Virus record (IMG/VR): IMGVR_UViG_3300010885_011653
Coordinates: 29,447-93,446 of that record
Length of the DNA stretch: 64,000 nucleotides
Origin: a virus
Strand: one strand, 5' to 3'
Part shown: piece by piece, positions 9,908-20,600 of the stretch
Position numbering within the stretch: the first letter of the stretch is position 1
Layout of the letters: each line of letters starts with the position of its first letter
The notes under the pieces: generated by a model
The model's database searches: none
Told to the model about the DNA's origin: nothing
What the model saw: only the letters and a program-made list of their open reading frames with translations
Translations under genes and position numbers: made by a program

Positions 9908-9919
9908 CGGGTGTGTCAA
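9891..9919 (-). promoter_or_regulatory. Sigma70-type promoter for the glycosyltransferase/radical-SAM operon
   Basis: Minus strand TTGACA (9919-9914), 17-bp spacer, TAAAAT (9896-9891). Confidence 0.75.
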
Positions 9920-9932
9920 CTACCAAATTGGA

Positions 9933-10889
9933 TTATAGGGAAGTGATTGTTACTGCGCCCCAAGTATTACTTATGTTTGTAACTTCTGGGTAGCTTACAT
10001 CAATTGAACGTGTTACAGCAATACCTAAGCTGTCATCAAAGCTCAATGAACCTGCGTTAGCACCAGCAGTAGAACTTAGGTTGATCCAAAAGTCAACGTT
10101 TAAGCCGTTACCGTTGTACGATCCCTGTGAGCCGTTTGGGTTAACAGCAATGGTAGCTGTATCAGATGTATAACTTGCTGTGGTGCTGGTAACGCTAATT
10201 ACGGTTGTGTTAGCGTTGTATGCGCTGGTCCAATAACCTTTGGTTGTATCATTGGTATTTAATGTGCCGCCGGTACCATTGCGTCCGCCGTTTGTGTTAG
10301 CACCAAATGTAGCAATGCCGCCTAAATTAGTACATAATGCAATTGCCGCATTAGTACGAGCTGTGGTACTTGCTGATTGTGCTCCACTTACGTTTAACTT
10401 CAGTCTGCCACCGGCATTAAAGAAATAACGTGCTTGGTCAGCACTGGCAAATGTGGCACGAGCACCAAAACTACGAGCGATTGTGGCATTTACTGTGCCA
10501 CTGGTCCAGGTTGTTGCTAGTCCAGATCCAACTAACACAGCTGAGTTTGATGCAAATGTCAAACGATTGGTGTATGCTGTGGTAATATTACCGCTGATAA
10601 ATGTGTTGGCATTAATAACTTGTCCTGCTGTTGTTACAGTAACACCAGTACCTGTACCGCGTTGGTGTGTTGTAATACTATTTAGAGTATTAATCAAGCT
10701 AGCCCACTGAGTTGCTGTAACATTATCAGTTACCGCCGCTACGTTAGTTAGTGCTGTTTGACCGTATCCAGCCGATCCGCTACCAACTGCCCAAACAGTA
10801 TTAATAGTGTTTGGTGTACCACTAGGACTTGCGCCCAAAAAGTTATTATAGTCTGCGGCTAATATTAAATTACCTGATGAATACGTCAT
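9933..10889 (-). CDS. Virion structural protein (tail/fibre-associated)
   Basis: T/S/G/A/N-rich composition, ARYFFNAGG motif, last gene of the fibre cluster. Confidence 0.6.
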   Translation of the reverse strand: MTYSSGNLILAADYNNFLGASPSGTPNTINTVWAVGSGSAGYGQTALTNVAAVTDNVTATQWASLINTLNSITTHQRGTGTGVTVTTAGQVINANTFISGNITTAYTNRLTFASNSAVLVGSGLATTWTSGTVNATIARSFGARATFASADQARYFFNAGGRLKLNVSGAQSASTTARTNAAIALCTNLGGIATFGANTNGGRNGTGGTLNTNDTTKGYWTSAYNANTTVISVTSTTASYTSDTATIAVNPNGSQGSYNGNGLNVDFWINLSSTAGANAGSLSFDDSLGIAVTRSIDVSYPEVTNISNTWGAVTITSL

Positions 10890-10903
10890 ATTCTAATTTC
10901 CGT

Positions 10904-12466
10904 TTACGAATTAATTTTTACAATGGCTTCAATAATACCTTCGCCGGAATCTAGTTTATCAACTAAACTACGACCAATGACATTGAATGCTGTTATTTCA
11001 GTTTTATTACCAGCTCGTGCAATTCCGTTTCCTGCGCTAACTAGTCTATCGCCTTTGGCAATCACACCAATAACTCTAACAGGAACTCGACCGCTCATAG
11101 CAATTGGGGGGTGTGTGTAATCGTTGCCAGCTGCCGAATTCATTAAGTAGGCCGCATTTGTACTTATGACACCAAATACTTTATCACTTAATTCTGCTTC
11201 CACTTTGGTAATTTCTTTGTCGCCGCCCATTTCGACTACAGTACCAGCTGGGTAATATGCATCTGCTTCGAAACGTTCTGCTAAGTCGGCGTACTGTGCC
11301 TTGATAGCAGTACCCCAAATATTACCAAAGCGCAGTGATGTGCTACCAATATCAACAACACCAGTTACAGTTGGTAAAATACCCGAAACTGTACTTGGAT
11401 TTACTGTTAAAACAGTAAATGTACCGGCACGTGGAGTTACGTTACCAACAACGGTGTCATTGATAGATGTAAAACTTGCTGAGCCGCCAACTGTGGCAAT
11501 CTCAACACCTTTATAATATGTAGTACCGTTTAAGTTTGCAATACCTGTTACGTTTAAAGCACCGCTTACGTTAGCTACTGTTAAATTACCAACTGTGGTA
11601 ATATTAGTTTGTGATGCTGTTTGTATGGTACCATAAATTGCAGGTGTATCAATTCTTCCACTTGCTTGTAAGTTTGTTGCTGTCATTGTGACACCAACTA
11701 CGTTACCAGCTAAGTTACCAGTAAATGTACTAGTTACAGTAGGTGCAGTAATGGCACCAGTGGCTGTTACTGTAGTTGCGGCAATTGTAGAGACAGCAAT
11801 ACCAGCACTACCATCGCGTTGTACTAGAGTATTGTTGGTTGCGGCCGTGTCTTGTGTGTTTAACGCTAAACTTGGACTGGCACTGGTACTAAAGTTTAAG
11901 CCAGCTTTAATTGTGGTAAATCCAGTTACGCTTGTAGTAAATGGCTCTTTAGCAAAAATAGCATAAACTACACCACTAACTCTGAACTGAATAACAATAC
12001 GTTGAGTACTGCTGACATCTGTCATTAGTGCAGGAACAGCACCAGTATCACCTGTTGATGGTGTTGCAACTGGTCCAACTACTACCCAGCTACTGCCAGA
12101 ATAAACTTTTAATTGGTTGTTGGTTGTATCCCACCATAAGTCTCCGCCAATACTACTTAGGTCGCCCGGTGGAGTACTTGCTGGACTACTAGTAGCACCA
12201 GTAGAAATTTTCCAGCTTGTGCCTGAATAAACTTTTAAAATATTGTTAGTTGTGTCCCACCATAATTGTCCACGAATTGGATTGGCTGGACTTGAACTGT
12301 AAGCAAAGTTTTCTAATAGTCTTACAAAGTTGTCATTTAAAAATGCACCGTATCCGGCGTAGTTTTTACCGATGAGGACTAAGCTAGAACTTTCAACATT
12401 GTTAATAGTACCATCACTGATGGTAGTTAATGTTGTTCCGTCTGTTTTAGTAATTGTATATGCCAT
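10904..12466 (-). CDS. Tail fibre with C-terminal intramolecular chaperone (peptidase G2-like autocleavage domain)
   Basis: Shared N-terminal module (MAYTI..TDG...LLENFA...GQLWWDT), beta-rich shaft, C-terminal YADLAERFEAD...GRVPVRVIG...KGDRLV. Confidence 0.75.
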   Translation of the reverse strand: MAYTITKTDGTTLTTISDGTINNVESSSLVLIGKNYAGYGAFLNDNFVRLLENFAYSSSPANPIRGQLWWDTTNNILKVYSGTSWKISTGATSSPASTPPGDLSSIGGDLWWDTTNNQLKVYSGSSWVVVGPVATPSTGDTGAVPALMTDVSSTQRIVIQFRVSGVVYAIFAKEPFTTSVTGFTTIKAGLNFSTSASPSLALNTQDTAATNNTLVQRDGSAGIAVSTIAATTVTATGAITAPTVTSTFTGNLAGNVVGVTMTATNLQASGRIDTPAIYGTIQTASQTNITTVGNLTVANVSGALNVTGIANLNGTTYYKGVEIATVGGSASFTSINDTVVGNVTPRAGTFTVLTVNPSTVSGILPTVTGVVDIGSTSLRFGNIWGTAIKAQYADLAERFEADAYYPAGTVVEMGGDKEITKVEAELSDKVFGVISTNAAYLMNSAAGNDYTHPPIAMSGRVPVRVIGVIAKGDRLVSAGNGIARAGNKTEITAFNVIGRSLVDKLDSGEGIIEAIVKINS

Positions 12467-12488
12467 CTTTTAATCCTCTAATTAAGTG

Positions 12489-12496
12489 TATTTATG
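12489..12496 (-). promoter_or_regulatory. T4-type late promoter CATAAATA
   Basis: About 23 bp upstream of the ATG at 12466. Confidence 0.65.
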
Positions 12497-12513
12497 CTCG
12501 TTTTATATATTGT

Positions 12514-14424
12514 TTATGCGTATGGGTCAGAGTTAACTTTTTGTATATAACACAAAGCATAATAAGGAGGACGACGATCAATTGCTGTCCCGCTGCCGGT
12601 ATTTGCAGTATTTCCAGTAATATTTAATGTATGTATGTGATCAGCAGTGGACTGTACAGAAATTCCTGTATTTGCAGGCCCTGTTTTGGTATAAAACCAA
12701 ATTGGGTTTCCGCTGTTGCCGTCACCATCGTTGCCAGCACTGGTGTAAAACTGGAAACTAGACCCGTTTCTGTCTATTGGGGCTGTATTATTAGAAGCAC
12801 TATTGTATTGGCTAAACAGTTGATCTACATTGTGTTGATGACCTGGGTCAGTCAAACTATGAGTATGTCCACCTGAAAACCCTGTGCTTCCTGCTAAAGT
12901 GCCAACTCCGTGTGCGTGTACCGGTAAGTTACCAGTTGCTATTGTGGTTGTATTTGCACCACCAACTGCGGCAGGATTATAGCTACTGCCAGCACCTACT
13001 ATAAATCTGTCACGTAAATCTGGTGTACCGCCAGTGCCATCGCATAACGCCCATCCTGCAGGAATACTCAGAACAGGTCCTCCCCACATAACAATAACAC
13101 CGTCGGGCAATATATTATGTACAAACTGTGTGGTTGCAATCAACGGAGTTTTATTGTATATAGGTTGGGTAGTTGCTCCAGTATACATTAAATCACCGTT
13201 GTAAATACGAGGACTAATTAATGCTGAATTACTGATATTTCCGCCGCTAATAGTTGCTGTGGTTGCTACAACATTGGTAAATGTAGAGTTAGTAGCAGAT
13301 ATGTTTGCAAGACCGCTAGCATAACCGCCCGTAATAATTACATTGCTAGTACTTAGGTTAGTTGCCGTAGCGGTAGTGGCCGAAATGTTAGCTAATCCGC
13401 TGACATATCCGCCCGTAATAATTACATTGCTAGAACTTAGATTTGTTGAACGTGTGCTAGTTGCAGTTAAGGAAGTAAGTGCGCCGGTTGTTGCTGTTAT
13501 ATTTGCTAATGAACTAATGTACCCACCACTTATTACCAAATTGCCAGAACTTAGATTTGTTGCTATAGCTGTAGTTACTGCTAGTTCTGTTAACCCACGT
13601 AGTGTTCCGCCCGTGACTAAAATATTGCTGGCGCTAAAATTACTAGTGGTTAGATTTAGTAGTCCAGTTGCACTACCGCCTGAGATTTGTGCGTTACCAG
13701 AGCTAAAATTAGTGGCCCGACTTGTAACACTATCAACATCTCCCGATACTGTGCCTACTAGTCTACCAGTTACTGTACCAATTACGTTACCTGTTAAATT
13801 ACCAACCACGTCAGTGTTTGTTGTTGTACCAGTAATTGTCCTATTAATGTTAACACCAGGACTGATTGTAGCAAATCCAGATATTGCAACATTGGGGGTA
13901 AAAGTGCTATCGCTACTAATTATAGCAATAATAGTGCTTCCATACTTTATCTGTACTACATTGTGTGATACACTACTGTTGTCTACGATTTCAACAGGTA
14001 TAGCACCCGATATGCCTTGTGCTTTGGTATATTGTGGTCCAACTAGTTTCCATAATGATTCGTTTACGTCATATACTTTAAGTTGGTTAGTTGTGGTATT
14101 AAGCCAAAAATCACCATTTCTAACAATGGTAGGTTCGCTATTTGATACAGTAGCACCAGCAACAGGCTGATATCCATTTGTTGTAAATATTTTTAATGTT
14201 TGTGTAGATTTATCAAACCACAATTGACCTTTTAAACTGTTACCCGAGCTTGGCGCGGCGTTGCCTGCAAAATTTTCTAGTATGTAGACTAAATTTTCGT
14301 TGAGCTTTTGTCCGTACCCGATGTAGTTTGGGCCAGCTAATTTTAGACCAGTAGTAGCATCAAAGTCTCCGTCAGGGATATTGAAAGTTACTGTTCCGTC
14401 GTAATTTGTAAAATTGTATGCCAT
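12514..14424 (-). CDS. Tail fibre with tail-collar domain
   Basis: Shared N-terminal module; GVIVMWGG...IPAGWALCDGTGGTPDLRDRFIVGAG collar; HxH motifs (HAH, HTH, HQH, HIH); terminal PPYYALCYIQK. Confidence 0.8.
   Translation of the reverse strand: MAYNFTNYDGTVTFNIPDGDFDATTGLKLAGPNYIGYGQKLNENLVYILENFAGNAAPSSGNSLKGQLWFDKSTQTLKIFTTNGYQPVAGATVSNSEPTIVRNGDFWLNTTTNQLKVYDVNESLWKLVGPQYTKAQGISGAIPVEIVDNSSVSHNVVQIKYGSTIIAIISSDSTFTPNVAISGFATISPGVNINRTITGTTTNTDVVGNLTGNVIGTVTGRLVGTVSGDVDSVTSRATNFSSGNAQISGGSATGLLNLTTSNFSASNILVTGGTLRGLTELAVTTAIATNLSSGNLVISGGYISSLANITATTGALTSLTATSTRSTNLSSSNVIITGGYVSGLANISATTATATNLSTSNVIITGGYASGLANISATNSTFTNVVATTATISGGNISNSALISPRIYNGDLMYTGATTQPIYNKTPLIATTQFVHNILPDGVIVMWGGPVLSIPAGWALCDGTGGTPDLRDRFIVGAGSSYNPAAVGGANTTTIATGNLPVHAHGVGTLAGSTGFSGGHTHSLTDPGHQHNVDQLFSQYNSASNNTAPIDRNGSSFQFYTSAGNDGDGNSGNPIWFYTKTGPANTGISVQSTADHIHTLNITGNTANTGSGTAIDRRPPYYALCYIQKVNSDPYA
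13290..13570 (-). repeat. Coding tandem repeats in the fibre shaft (closest pair 84 bp / 28 aa apart)
   Basis: CCGCCCGTAATAATTACATTGCTAG occurs at about 13325 and 13409; protein unit TNLSxSNVIITGGYxSGLANISAT, with more degenerate flanking copies. Confidence 0.8.
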
Positions 14425-14442
14425 TTTTATTCTCTTTATACT

Positions 14443-14450
14443 TACTTATC
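14443..14450 (-). promoter_or_regulatory. Late promoter variant GATAAGTA
   Basis: About 19 bp upstream of the ATG at 14424. Confidence 0.5.
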
Positions 14451-14455
14451 TAAAA

Positions 14456-15346
14456 TTACCAGGAAATTATAGCGTACCCGGCGGTTCCAGAACCACCACC
14501 ACCACCTGGCTCATATCCGCCACCGCCATATCCATAACGAGCTCCGGCTCCGCCGCCACCTTGTCCATATGCGCCAATTGTAAGAGTCGATGTTACAAAC
14601 GATGATCCGCTATTACCGCCGATGCCGCCATCTTCGCCCATACTGCTGCCGCCTGTACCAGCTCCGTAGCCACCACCACCGCCACCTCCACCGCCACCAT
14701 CTTCGCCCCAATCTACGCCTGCGCCGCCGGCATTTCCAGATCCAGTGCCTGGACTACCTTGTGCCGCACGACCTGGGCCATAATTACCACCACCACCGCC
14801 GCCTCCACCACCTGCGGCAATAGCAAGAATTTTATTGGCTGCATTTTTAAATATTGTAGCGCCACCGCCACCTCCGCCACCACCTGACCAACCACCAGGA
14901 CCAGCATTTCCGCCTCGTCCGCCGGCATAGCCTGCTGTGCTTGATCCTCCAGCACCGCCGCCGCCACTACTTACGTCTGTAGCACCCCCGGCTCCACCGC
15001 CGCCTACAGAAACGGTAATAACATCTCCGGGTCTGACCTTAATAGTACCAGACACGGATTGGGCTGCTTGGCCTGCACTACCGCCTTGCGTATCTGCTCC
15101 GCCACCCCCGCCGGATCCTCCTGCGGCATTAACCGTTAATGTAAATATGCCAGGTGGTACTGTAAAGCTATGACTTCCTACGCCGTAAGTAACAGAACCA
15201 GTTGTGGGGTAAAATAAATGCCATTCTCCATTTACTTTTACATATCCTCCTTTTATAGGTCTCCAGTTGCCGCTTTTACGAAGTTCAAAATCATAAACTT
15301 CTTCCCAGACACCGCCTACTTTTTGGAATATTCCTCTAGTTGTCAT
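14456..15346 (-). CDS. Glycine-rich adhesin-like protein (T-even gp38-like architecture)
   Basis: Trp-containing N-terminus (KVGGVW...GNW...KVNGEW) followed by many poly-Gly runs; C-terminal GYAIISW. Confidence 0.6.
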   Translation of the reverse strand: MTTRGIFQKVGGVWEEVYDFELRKSGNWRPIKGGYVKVNGEWHLFYPTTGSVTYGVGSHSFTVPPGIFTLTVNAAGGSGGGGGADTQGGSAGQAAQSVSGTIKVRPGDVITVSVGGGGAGGATDVSSGGGGAGGSSTAGYAGGRGGNAGPGGWSGGGGGGGGATIFKNAANKILAIAAGGGGGGGGGNYGPGRAAQGSPGTGSGNAGGAGVDWGEDGGGGGGGGGGYGAGTGGSSMGEDGGIGGNSGSSFVTSTLTIGAYGQGGGGAGARYGYGGGGYEPGGGGGSGTAGYAIISW

Positions 15347-15348
15347 AG

Positions 15349-16911
15349 TTACGTATTAATTTGGAACCAAAAATCGCCATCTGAGCCGCCTGTTGGTGGA
15401 CTAGTTGACACAGTATAATTAAAATGCTTGTTTACTGCTGTTTGCACAAAGGCTGTGGTAGCAATCTTGGTTGTAGTATCTCCTACTGCCGGAGTTGGAG
15501 CACGTGGAGTTCCAGTAAAATTTGGACTATCAATTGGTGCCAATGGGCTTACTGCATTTAATAAATTTGACTGTGCTTGCTGTGCAATTAAATTTGTAGT
15601 AGTATTAGTGTATTCATATAAGGTATTGGCACTAGCAGTAACTTGATCTTCTGTTGCCGCTAAGTTGCCATTAACTGTAACTGTTCCTACTAGTGATGGA
15701 CTGTTAACACTGGCCAACGTAGCAACATTTGTAAATAAACTATTAATTTGAGATTGCAAAATTGCTTCGGTTGCAGCCAATAATGCAATTTCAGTTTCGG
15801 TGTTGTTGGATAAGGTATTTAACTCGGAAGTCAGACCAGCAACAGCACCGTTCAAATTAGCATTGGTATTTAAAATAACTGCACCAATATTAGCATTAAC
15901 AGTAGAAAGTCTATTATCAACATAAGACTTCATTGAAGTATTGGCTGTAATAATATTTCCGTAAATGATATTTGTTTCTGAAGTTAAGTATCCGCTGTTA
16001 ACAACACCGTACTGTCCGATTGGAAAATTAGAAACATTTAACGTGGCTGTGTTACCATCAATCCACGCTGATTTAGTATTTCCTACAACAGGAGCATTAA
16101 TATAAAATTCAATGTTACCAAGTAATGTTGTGTTTTGAGTGATTAGAGAACGAGCATCATAGTAAACATTTGCATTGCCTGTTGTGCCATTGAAAACAAC
16201 TTTATCTTTAACAGTTACATCTTTATTAAAGGTTGTGGCAATGTCTGTACGAGCATAGGCATTGGCAAAAGACCCGGCCAATTGTAAACTATTTGTAGAT
16301 GTGCCATTAACAACAGCATTACTAACAAAATTAACACCAGATTGAATATTGCCAAACCCGCTATAACCTGCATTAGCAGTGAATGCGGCATCAGCACTGG
16401 TAATACTAATTAGAGCCCCGTGTACATAAGTGTTAACTACTGTATGTACTGTGCCATTAGAATCAGTTATGGATTCAACAAATGTGCCACTCTTGCCTTG
16501 AGTACGTGTATATGCTGGGCCAATCAACTGCCAGTTTGAGCCATCCCATGATTTTAATTGATAATCTGTGGTGTCCCACCATTGGTCGCCTGTTTGAATT
16601 CCTATAGTGGGTGCTGTTGCTGATACATTAACTCCGCTAACTACATTCCAGTTAGTGCCATCATACACTCGCAATTTTGTTTCTGTGGTATTATACCAAA
16701 GTGTTCCTCTAATAGGAGTAAAACCAACGCTTTGTCCAGGAGGAATGTCGTCAGCAAAGTTTTCTAATAGTCTTACAAAGTTTTCGTTTTGAGCATCACC
16801 ATAGCTAACACTATTGCGGCCAATTAAATTAATACCGGTGTCGGTATTAATAACGCCATCTGCTAATTCAACTAGGGTTGAGCCGTCGGTTTTACTGATA
16901 GTGTATGCCAT
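15349..16911 (-). CDS. Tail fibre protein (third paralogue)
   Basis: Shared N-terminal module, coiled-coil-like middle, SPNFTGTPRAPTP...TKIATTAFV fibre motif, C-terminal GDFWFQ. Confidence 0.75.
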   Translation of the reverse strand: MAYTISKTDGSTLVELADGVINTDTGINLIGRNSVSYGDAQNENFVRLLENFADDIPPGQSVGFTPIRGTLWYNTTETKLRVYDGTNWNVVSGVNVSATAPTIGIQTGDQWWDTTDYQLKSWDGSNWQLIGPAYTRTQGKSGTFVESITDSNGTVHTVVNTYVHGALISITSADAAFTANAGYSGFGNIQSGVNFVSNAVVNGTSTNSLQLAGSFANAYARTDIATTFNKDVTVKDKVVFNGTTGNANVYYDARSLITQNTTLLGNIEFYINAPVVGNTKSAWIDGNTATLNVSNFPIGQYGVVNSGYLTSETNIIYGNIITANTSMKSYVDNRLSTVNANIGAVILNTNANLNGAVAGLTSELNTLSNNTETEIALLAATEAILQSQINSLFTNVATLASVNSPSLVGTVTVNGNLAATEDQVTASANTLYEYTNTTTNLIAQQAQSNLLNAVSPLAPIDSPNFTGTPRAPTPAVGDTTTKIATTAFVQTAVNKHFNYTVSTSPPTGGSDGDFWFQINT

Positions 16912-16916
16912 GTTTC

Positions 16917-17624
16917 TTATCCTATTGAGCTTAGATTAGTTAATGTCTGAACTCGTACTGTGTAATCAATTTGAATTAATCGGTTCAGAGCTTTTTGCAC
17001 TGGGTGGAATACCACGTGTGTTAACAATAAGCCAGTACTAAGCAACCCACCGGTGCCATCGGTACTACGACCACGTAATCCTAGTTCGTCAAATACATAT
17101 TCGCTGTTTAAGTTTTGACTGTTATCAAACAAGGCCTGGCCACTGGGCTCGCCGTAATCTAATAGACAGCTAATCAAAATGTCTGTGTAAACTGTGCCAG
17201 GAATATGTGTGATTGTAATTTTGTTGTTTGATGGATCAGCATTGGCAATAGCAGTATTATCTACAATCTTACTATATGTTGGATTGTATAGACTAGCATT
17301 TTGACCCACAGTATTTGTGGGCAAGTAGGTAATAATACCAGTAGTGTCTACACTAGTGCCGCCGTTGCCAAATGTCATTTCGTAAATAAAGTTCTGTCCT
17401 TTATTACCAATACTGTTTGCTAACGCTACAGAGAAATTTTCGTAGTGGATTGCGTTGGACTTATCAATATAAACTTCACCCGACTTGGGGTCAAATATTT
17501 TGATGTGTCCTCTGACATAGATTCCAGATGATTCATCTGGTTTTTTCATAGTATTTTCCACTGCTTTTTCCTCTATTTTGTGTTTGTTATCGTTCTCGGA
17601 ACGGTTGTTATCAGTATTTATCAT
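16917..17624 (-). CDS. Baseplate/fibre attachment structural protein
   Basis: GHIKIFDP...NAIH...FDELGL...LLTHVVFHPVQK; sits between the giant baseplate gene and the fibres. The true start may be ATG 17549, because the track start overlaps a late promoter. Confidence 0.6.
   Translation of the reverse strand: MINTDNNRSENDNKHKIEEKAVENTMKKPDESSGIYVRGHIKIFDPKSGEVYIDKSNAIHYENFSVALANSIGNKGQNFIYEMTFGNGGTSVDTTGIITYLPTNTVGQNASLYNPTYSKIVDNTAIANADPSNNKITITHIPGTVYTDILISCLLDYGEPSGQALFDNSQNLNSEYVFDELGLRGRSTDGTGGLLSTGLLLTHVVFHPVQKALNRLIQIDYTVRVQTLTNLSSIG
17615..17622 (-). promoter_or_regulatory. Late promoter GATAAATA
   Basis: Exact match to the motif seen upstream of other structural genes. Confidence 0.55.
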
Positions 17625-17630
17625 GTATGT

Positions 17631-20600
17631 TTAGCCTTTACTTGCCTTCAGGAATTCTGCTTGTACTGTAGTGCTGTTGACTATGCCTGTTCCATCAGTT
17701 GCATATCCAACGCCTGGATTGTACCAAATATTGCCTTGTAATAATCTAGTATCAGCAGAAACATTGGCAAATCCTGACTGTGTAACAGTACCAAGCACAT
17801 ATGAACTAGTTACATAAGCCGGTGTTTGAGAATCGTTAACAAATATTGAGCCCACTGTATTGTCAAAGCCTTGTTCGTCGAAGCCAACAGGACCATTTAC
17901 GTTACCGTCAAATAGTTCTGGCAATCCTTCAATTGTTCCATTAACTAGCAGTACTGGAATAGTTTTAACATTGCTTACAGTTTCTAAAACTTTCATGGTA
18001 CTGATTGTTATTGTATTACCAGCAAATGCCAAATTGGCTGCTACATTACCGGCAAATAACAAGTTAACTGCTGTGCTACCAAACGCTAGTACAGCATTAC
18101 CTGACGACACTACATTGGCAAAATACGTAGCATGTACGTTGCCTTTAACTTGGTAAGTGTTGCCGCTATAGTATATCATTTGTGCTGTGGTTACAGTATT
18201 GGCTGTCCATACAGGATTGTTATTAGCACTAACGTTGGCAAAGTACGGAGCATGTACGTTACCAGTTACGTGATAAGTATTGCCACTATAGTACATGGTA
18301 GTAGATGTGATTGCAGTATTAGCTGTCCACACTGGATTGTTATTAGCACTAATATTAGCAAAGTGTTCAGCAAATACATTACCGCTGGTAATGTACGAGT
18401 AGCCATTCAGGCTATTATAAGTATATTCGCCTGTTAATACATAGGTATTTGCAGTCCAATTACTTATAATAGTTCGTTGTGTAATAGTATCACCAATGTT
18501 TGCACTGACTATTAAAGTTAAGTTGGCTCCATAACTTACTATGTCAGTTGCTTTGTATGCTGTATTGGCAGTTACCAAAATATTACCCAATGTGGTACCA
18601 GGAATAATTTGTTGTTGGCCGGCATCAACTACACTAGAACCTGCTACATGAACATTTGGCGTATACGTACCATCAACACCACGACGTAATTGTGCAATCG
18701 TATTGGTAGACACTTGTCGCACATTGGATTTAATAGTGTTAAATCCAGAGTTTTCGCCTGTGTACAATAATGTTAAGTTGGCTTCGATTGCTGCAAATGA
18801 CGGAGCTCGAACATTACCAGTTACAATGTAACTGTTTCCGCTATAGTAAAGATTGGCATTAATGTTGTATGCTACGTTGGCAGTCCAAGGAATATTAGGT
18901 GCATAAACATTACCTTTGGTAATGTAAGTATTACCTGCATGGCCGTCGTTTGTTACCAAAGTTGCTGTACTGATAACTGTATTAGCAGACCATACCGTTG
19001 GAGTTTCTAAACTATAATTTCTCCAGTAGGTAATTTTTTCACCATTGATAAACACATAGCCAGGTATATCTAAATCCGGATCTGGGTTAGGTAGTTTAGT
19101 AGCATCATTGACTAAAATTTCTATGTCTCGAATGCTTAAATTACTAGACAGTACTGTGGTGTTTGCTGCCGCAATACGCAAGAACGAGTGTTCTTGATTC
19201 ATATTATCCAGAAATCTGAATTTCAATAACTCTGGATCAATGTTTTGAGTTACAGTCAAGTTTAAACTATCGTACATGCGTCCCGGAACTAATTCATCAG
19301 GAGCATAGCTACTAAACGTATCTACGTATGCTCCGCCATCTACAAATATAGCATTAGGATCAATACCCAAGTTATCAGCATAACTGCTGGTAACAATAGC
19401 ATCTAGCTCTTGTCCTATGTAAGTATTGCCATCAATGATTACTCCGGGATAACTTAGACCTGCCTGTGTTATACTTAGATCAATGTTGCCTTGAGTAGAA
19501 ATAATACGATCGTTGGCATTGTTAAAATCGCCTGCATATATCTGTGTAACAAAATCAATTGGGAAATTTACTGACCCAGTTGTAGTATTACCGGTAATAG
19601 TATAAGCATTGGCCAAGTTGTATAACTTGCTGTTTATTACTAAAATTGTATTGGCTGGAATTACATTACCAACGCTGGTATTAGCGGTTAATGTATCCCA
19701 GAATACAAAAGTATTTGCTGAAGTATAGTTAATACGGTCAAACTTCATAGTAGTATTAATACTTCTTATTACGTTATGTCCTTGATTCGCGCCGTCGTAT
19801 ACATTACGCAATACTGCTCGTGCGCGAGCGTCGGTACCTGTTCCCTCAATTTTAATTTCAGGAATAGTAGTAAATCCTTCGCCGCCTTTGGTTACATATA
19901 TTCCAGTAATCTGACCACTGGAGTTAACTGCCGCGTATGCTTTGGCACCTGATCCGTTACCACCATACACAACAATGTCAGGAGGAAATAAGTAATCTTG
20001 TCCAGCATCTTCAACAATAATATCAACAACTTTGTACTTGTAATTTTGTGCCCAGTTGTAATATAAATTTTCTGTTAATAACAATGGATCATAACTTTGT
20101 TCGCCGCTTGGACTACGATATACTTGCAATGTTTTATCATAGTATGCTGGCAAATCAAAGTCAGTAACATCACCGCCATAATTATCATTGCCGATATAAT
20201 CAATTACAAATTCGCGCACGGCTGTTCTATATGGTGTAACTTCGTTCATATAGTCAAGATAGTAATTTTGATTATCGGCAATGTACGCAGGGAAATGCTC
20301 AAGTTTTCTAATATATTGTGTAGCACTGATAAAGCTGGTTTTGAATACCCAATCAAGATTCTTTTGTTCTGTTAATGCATACTTGATCATTATAAAGAAT
20401 AAAGTATTGTATTCAGCTGCCAGGTCTTCGATAAGGATTTCGTTTTGTATTGCCAGTGCAAGTTGACGCATTTCTTTTGCAGGAATGCTGGTAGTATCAA
20501 TTTGTACTGTGCCGTTTTGAATTCCCACTAGTGTGGTAGTCAAATTAGGGTTAACATAGTAAACAGCAAATTCGCCTGATCCATTGTCTAGAACTTTGAT

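Noticed and set aside
13343-14170. Long antisense ORFs in the track (e.g. 13343..14170, 48253..48771, 48750..49433, 17860..18156)
   Set aside because: They shadow well-supported genes on the opposite strand. Their V/L/P/A-rich translations are the expected mirror of T/N/G/S-rich coding sequence.
18111-18360. Diversity-generating retroelement template/variable repeat pair
   Set aside because: The copies are adjacent, in frame and differ at all base types rather than only at adenines. No reverse transcriptase is present in the window.
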